64,000 nucleotides of DNA, taken from contig JALDZX010000005.1 in NCBI GenBank assembly GCA_022813865.1, forward strand, positions 1-64,000, read 5' to 3'. The position numbers and the translations under genes are program-made. Source of the stretch: Xylographa opegraphella. Taxonomy: Eukaryota. The notes beneath the pieces were generated by a model that had not been told where the DNA came from, searched no databases, and worked only from the letters and a program-made list of their open reading frames with translations. Positions 60,101-64,000 of the stretch are shown here, in pieces (positions within the stretch are counted from its first letter, which is position 1; every line of letters begins with the position of its first letter).

Positions 60101-63100
60101 CCTATGAGCATCAGTCTTGCCAGCCGATTGACAGTCCTTGACATCTCGAACAATCGACTTGAGCAACTCGAACATGCAGAACTTCACAAAATTCAAGGTC
60201 TTGTCAGCATCAAGATGTCCAATAACAAGTTGACACATCTGCCTCAATCCTTCTGCCAATTCAAAGCTCTCCGAAGCCTGAATATCTCCTCTAACTATCT
60301 CAAGATCCTTCCAGACTTCGTCTTCGATCTGAAAACCCTTGTTGATCTCGACATAAGCTTTAACTCGATACACGCGCTGCCTAAAATTGGTCAGCTCACA
60401 ACTCTAGAGCGGTTTTGGGCAACCAACAACGAGCTCTCTGGAGAGTTTCCAGATGACTTCAGAATGCTGCAAAATTTAAAAGAGATCGACGTCCGATTCA
60501 ACGGGCTTACGAGCATTGATGTCATGTCACATCTGACCAAGCTTGAGCAATTGATGGCTGGGCACAATGACATTTCAAAATTTGAAGGCACATTTGTGAA
60601 ACTCCGTATCTTCCACGTCGACCACAACCCTATCACAAGATTTGACCTGAAATCTCCTATGTCGAGCTTAACATCATTGAATGTGGCTTCCGCCAAAATC
60701 GCACAGCTTGACGACAGTCTCTTCGAGCGAATACCGGGCTTGACAAAGCTGAATTTGGATAAGAATCATTTTGTCAATATCTCGGCACAGATTGGTCGGC
60801 TGAAAAGACTTGAATATTTAAGTATCGCCAAAAATCCACTGGAGAAGCTGCCTATTACCATCGGTTGCCTCCAAGAGCTCCGTTTCCTTGACGTACGGGA
60901 GTGTAACCTGAAAAAGCTCCCGGTGGAGATCTGGTGTTGTCTACATTTAGATACACTGAATGTGTCGTCGAATGTCCTTGAAAGCTTCCCGAAGCTGACA
61001 CCTACCTTACAGCTTCCCAGCGTTGATGTGCCAACCAACGTCTCTGTCTCTGCTTCGTCGGGGTCGTCGTTGATGCCTTCTAGCCCTGCGCATGAGGAGG
61101 TGGGCAGGCTTGAGGAGTTTGGCCATCGAAGACCAAGCCAGGCCTCAGGTGGTCTACTAAGTGTCGGTAGCTCACCAGTGGGATCTACAAGAAAAGGATC
61201 AATAGTATCAGTGTATGGTCCTGGCGGCCGAAAAGCATCTGTCATTTCAAGAACACCTACTGAAAGCACGATGTCCTCAATCGTCCGTAAAGACTCCAAT
61301 ATCTCTTCCCGACTCGCAATGACTTTTGCTTCGTCACTTCGACATGTGTACCTTGCAGACAATAGGTTGAATGACGATGTCTTCGATGAGCTGACTCTAT
61401 TATCTGAGCTCCGGGTTCTGAATCTATCCTACAACTATCTCGATGATATTCCTCAGCGCTCTCTCCGGAGATGGCCTCATTTGCACGAGCTGTATTTGTC
61501 AGGAAACGAGTTGAGCTCGTTGCCGTCAGATGACTTAGAGGAAATTAGCTCTATGAAGGTGTTGCATATCAACGGGAACAAATTTCAAGTCCTTCCTGCA
61601 GAACTTGGGAAAGTACAGAAACTTGCGATACTGGACATTGGCAGTAACTCCTTGAAATACAATGTCTCCAATTGGCCGTATGACTGGAATTGGAATTGGA
61701 ATCGAAACCTCAAGTACCTAAATTTTTCAGGAAATAAACGCTTAGAGATTAAGCCAAACTCGACGTTTCCTTCAGCTGGCAATAGGGAAGGTACAGATTT
61801 GACCAATTTCACGTCGTTAAATCATTTACGCGTTCTTGGGCTAATGGACGTTACTCTGACGATACCCTCCGTACCAGATCAAACGGAAGACCGGCGTATA
61901 CGAACGTCAGGTTCAGTAGCCGGGAGTATGGCCTATGGTATGGCCGATACACTAGGAAGACAGGAACATCTATCGACCATAGATATGGTAATACCAAGAT
62001 TCCGTGGCCATGATACAGAAACCGTTTTGGGCATGTTCGACGGTCAGGCTTTGTCAAGCGGCGGATCAAAAGTAGCCAAATATCTACACGAGAACTTCAG
62101 CTTTCATTTCACAGAAGAGCTCGAGAAGCTCAAAATTCCTCAGGAAACCCCGGGAGACGCATTAAGAAGGACGTTCCTAGCGCTCAACAAAGATTTAGCC
62201 ACAGCAGCAAGCCAATCATTAGACGAAAAGGAACACCGTGTTCCACAAATAGCCCATCGTGGTTCCATGACAGCCCAAACTCTCAGCGCTGACGATCTGA
62301 ACTCAGGAGGCGTTGCTACCGTACTTTTTCTAGATAATATGGATCTGTACGTTGCGAATGTCGGTGACGCGCAAGCTATGCTCATGCAGTCCGATGGCGG
62401 CTTCAAAATCCTTACGCGCAAGCATCACCCTGCAGAGCCTAAAGAACGCGAGCGTATTCGCGAAGCAGGCGGCTATGTCTCACGACACGGTAAGCTCAAT
62501 GATGTTCTTGAGGTGTCGCGTGCCTTTGGCTATATCCAGTTGATGCCAGCGGTGATGGCCGCTCCCTACGTGCTACATACGGTCTTGAAGGAACAGGACG
62601 AGATGATCCTTGTCGCGTCAAGAGAGCTTTGGGACTACGTAACACCTGACGTTGTGGTCGATGTCGCACGATCAGAGAGGGGCGATCTTATGCGGGCGGC
62701 CCAGAAACTACGTGATCTGGCAATGGCGTTCGGTGCAACAGGGAAGATTATGGTCATGATGATTGGTGTCAGCGACCTCAAGAAACGAGAGCGCAACCGC
62801 TATAGGGGACAATCCCTATCGATGGGACCATCTCAGATGCAGGATGATCAGATGTTCCCTACCAAGCGTGTCAAAAGAGCTCGCGATGCTCCAGACGATT
62901 CAACGTTAGCACGGCTGGACCAAGAAGTGGAGGCGCCAACCGGCGAACTAAGTCTAATTTTTACAGACATCAAGAGCTCGACAAAGTTGTGGGAATCATA
63001 TCCCGTAGCAATGAGATCTGCTATTAAGATTCATAACGATGTCATGCGGAGACAACTTCGGATAATTGGCGGCTACGAAGTGAAAACAGAAGGCGATGCA

Positions 63101-64000
63101 TTCATGGTTGCTTTTCCCACAGTAACCTCTGCACTTCTGTGGTGCTTCTCTATACAGAGTCACTTGCTGAATGCCCCATGGCCGAGGGAAATCCTCGAGA
63201 GCTTTGAAGGGCAAGAAGTTTTTGACGCCGATCAAAATGTCATCTATAGGGGACTGTCGGTGCGTGTTGGTGCACATTGGGGCAGCCCTGTGTGCGAGAC
63301 AGATCCCGTAACCCGGCGTATGGATTACTTCGGCCCGATGGTCAATCGTGCCTCGCGAATCTCCGCCATTGCAGATGGTGGCCAGATCACGGTCTCAGCT
63401 GACTTCATCGCCGAGATCAGAAGGACACTGGAAACATATACAGAGTCTGAGCGATCAGGCTCTGTCGGCTCCGAAGACGCTCTGGGTGACGATGCTCTGG
63501 GTCAATCCATCCGACGTGATCTGCGGGCTCTCAGCATGCAGGGCTTTGAGGTCAAAGATCTGGGTGAAAGAAAGCTGAAGGGCTTAGAGAATCCCGAATA
63601 CCTATACCTGATGTATCCCCATTCGCTTGCTGGACGCTTGGTCGTGCAGCAGCAAATGGCTGACGCTGAAGCTGCATCTGCATCGAATCAACCAGGCAGT
63701 GCTGCTCGTGATAGCCAGCTGACGATTGATACACAGACAGTCTGGGACCTATGGAATGTCAGTCTGAGGCTGGAAATGTTGTGTAGTGCACTCGAGTGTC
63801 CTGGCCTGACCAACCTGAAGCCGCCGGAGACGGCATTGCTCGAGCGAATGAAGAACAGGGGAGGAGAGGTAACTGACAAGTTTCTCGTGCAATTTGTGGA
63901 GCATCAAGTTTCGAGAATCGAGGTAAGACGTTCGAGACGATTTTGGAAACGTGCACTGAAGCGGAACAGACTTGCATCACTACACTTACCATTCGTAACA
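57116..64000 (+). CDS. CYR1: Adenylate cyclase (G-alpha-binding, RA, LRR, PP2C-like and cyclase domains), 3' end beyond the window
   Basis: Exons 57116-57261, 57441-58104, 58529-63922 and 63970 onward. Motifs HCVRVFRIDSTFATL (RA), many LRRs, NWPYDWNWNWN, YGMADTLG and LYVANVGD (PP2C), FTDIKSST, YEVKTEGDAFMVAF and MDYFGPMVNRASRI. Confidence 0.96.

Overview
Gene-dense, intron-containing chromosome segment from a filamentous ascomycete (Pezizomycotina, judged from GT-AG introns with CTRAC/CTRAY branch sites and the gene content). It opens with a (TAAA)n microsatellite and a ~530 bp AT-rich block, followed by about 22 mostly housekeeping genes: a MOSC protein, a hexose transporter, ATG7, DCD1, HIS7, MPE1, ODC antizyme, a Yippee protein, a NASP/Sim3 chaperone, DPB2, an FLC/TRP-like channel, GH128, an F-box-like orphan, an HRP1/Musashi RRM protein, GYP1, DIM1, a dienelactone-hydrolase-like protein, RMT2, a conserved hypothetical protein, a Zn2Cys6 factor, a GH16 Crh, TYS1 and adenylate cyclase (3'-truncated, main exon absent from the ORF track). 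The best hidden feature is the antizyme gene, which needs a +1 ribosomal frameshift at UCC-UGA. It carries a visible 3' stem-loop and an ORF1 peptide resembling the polyamine-sensing nascent peptide described in mushroom-forming fungi. Also notable are a 1.1 kb intron in HRP1, a recurrent intergenic TACGGAGTA / TACCTTAC motif family, MCB boxes in the NASP-DPB2 divergent promoter, and CpcA/Gcn4 sites before HIS7 and TYS1. I found no tRNA, rRNA, CRISPR or intact transposon. Exon boundaries were read by eye and product names come from remembered motifs, not database searches.
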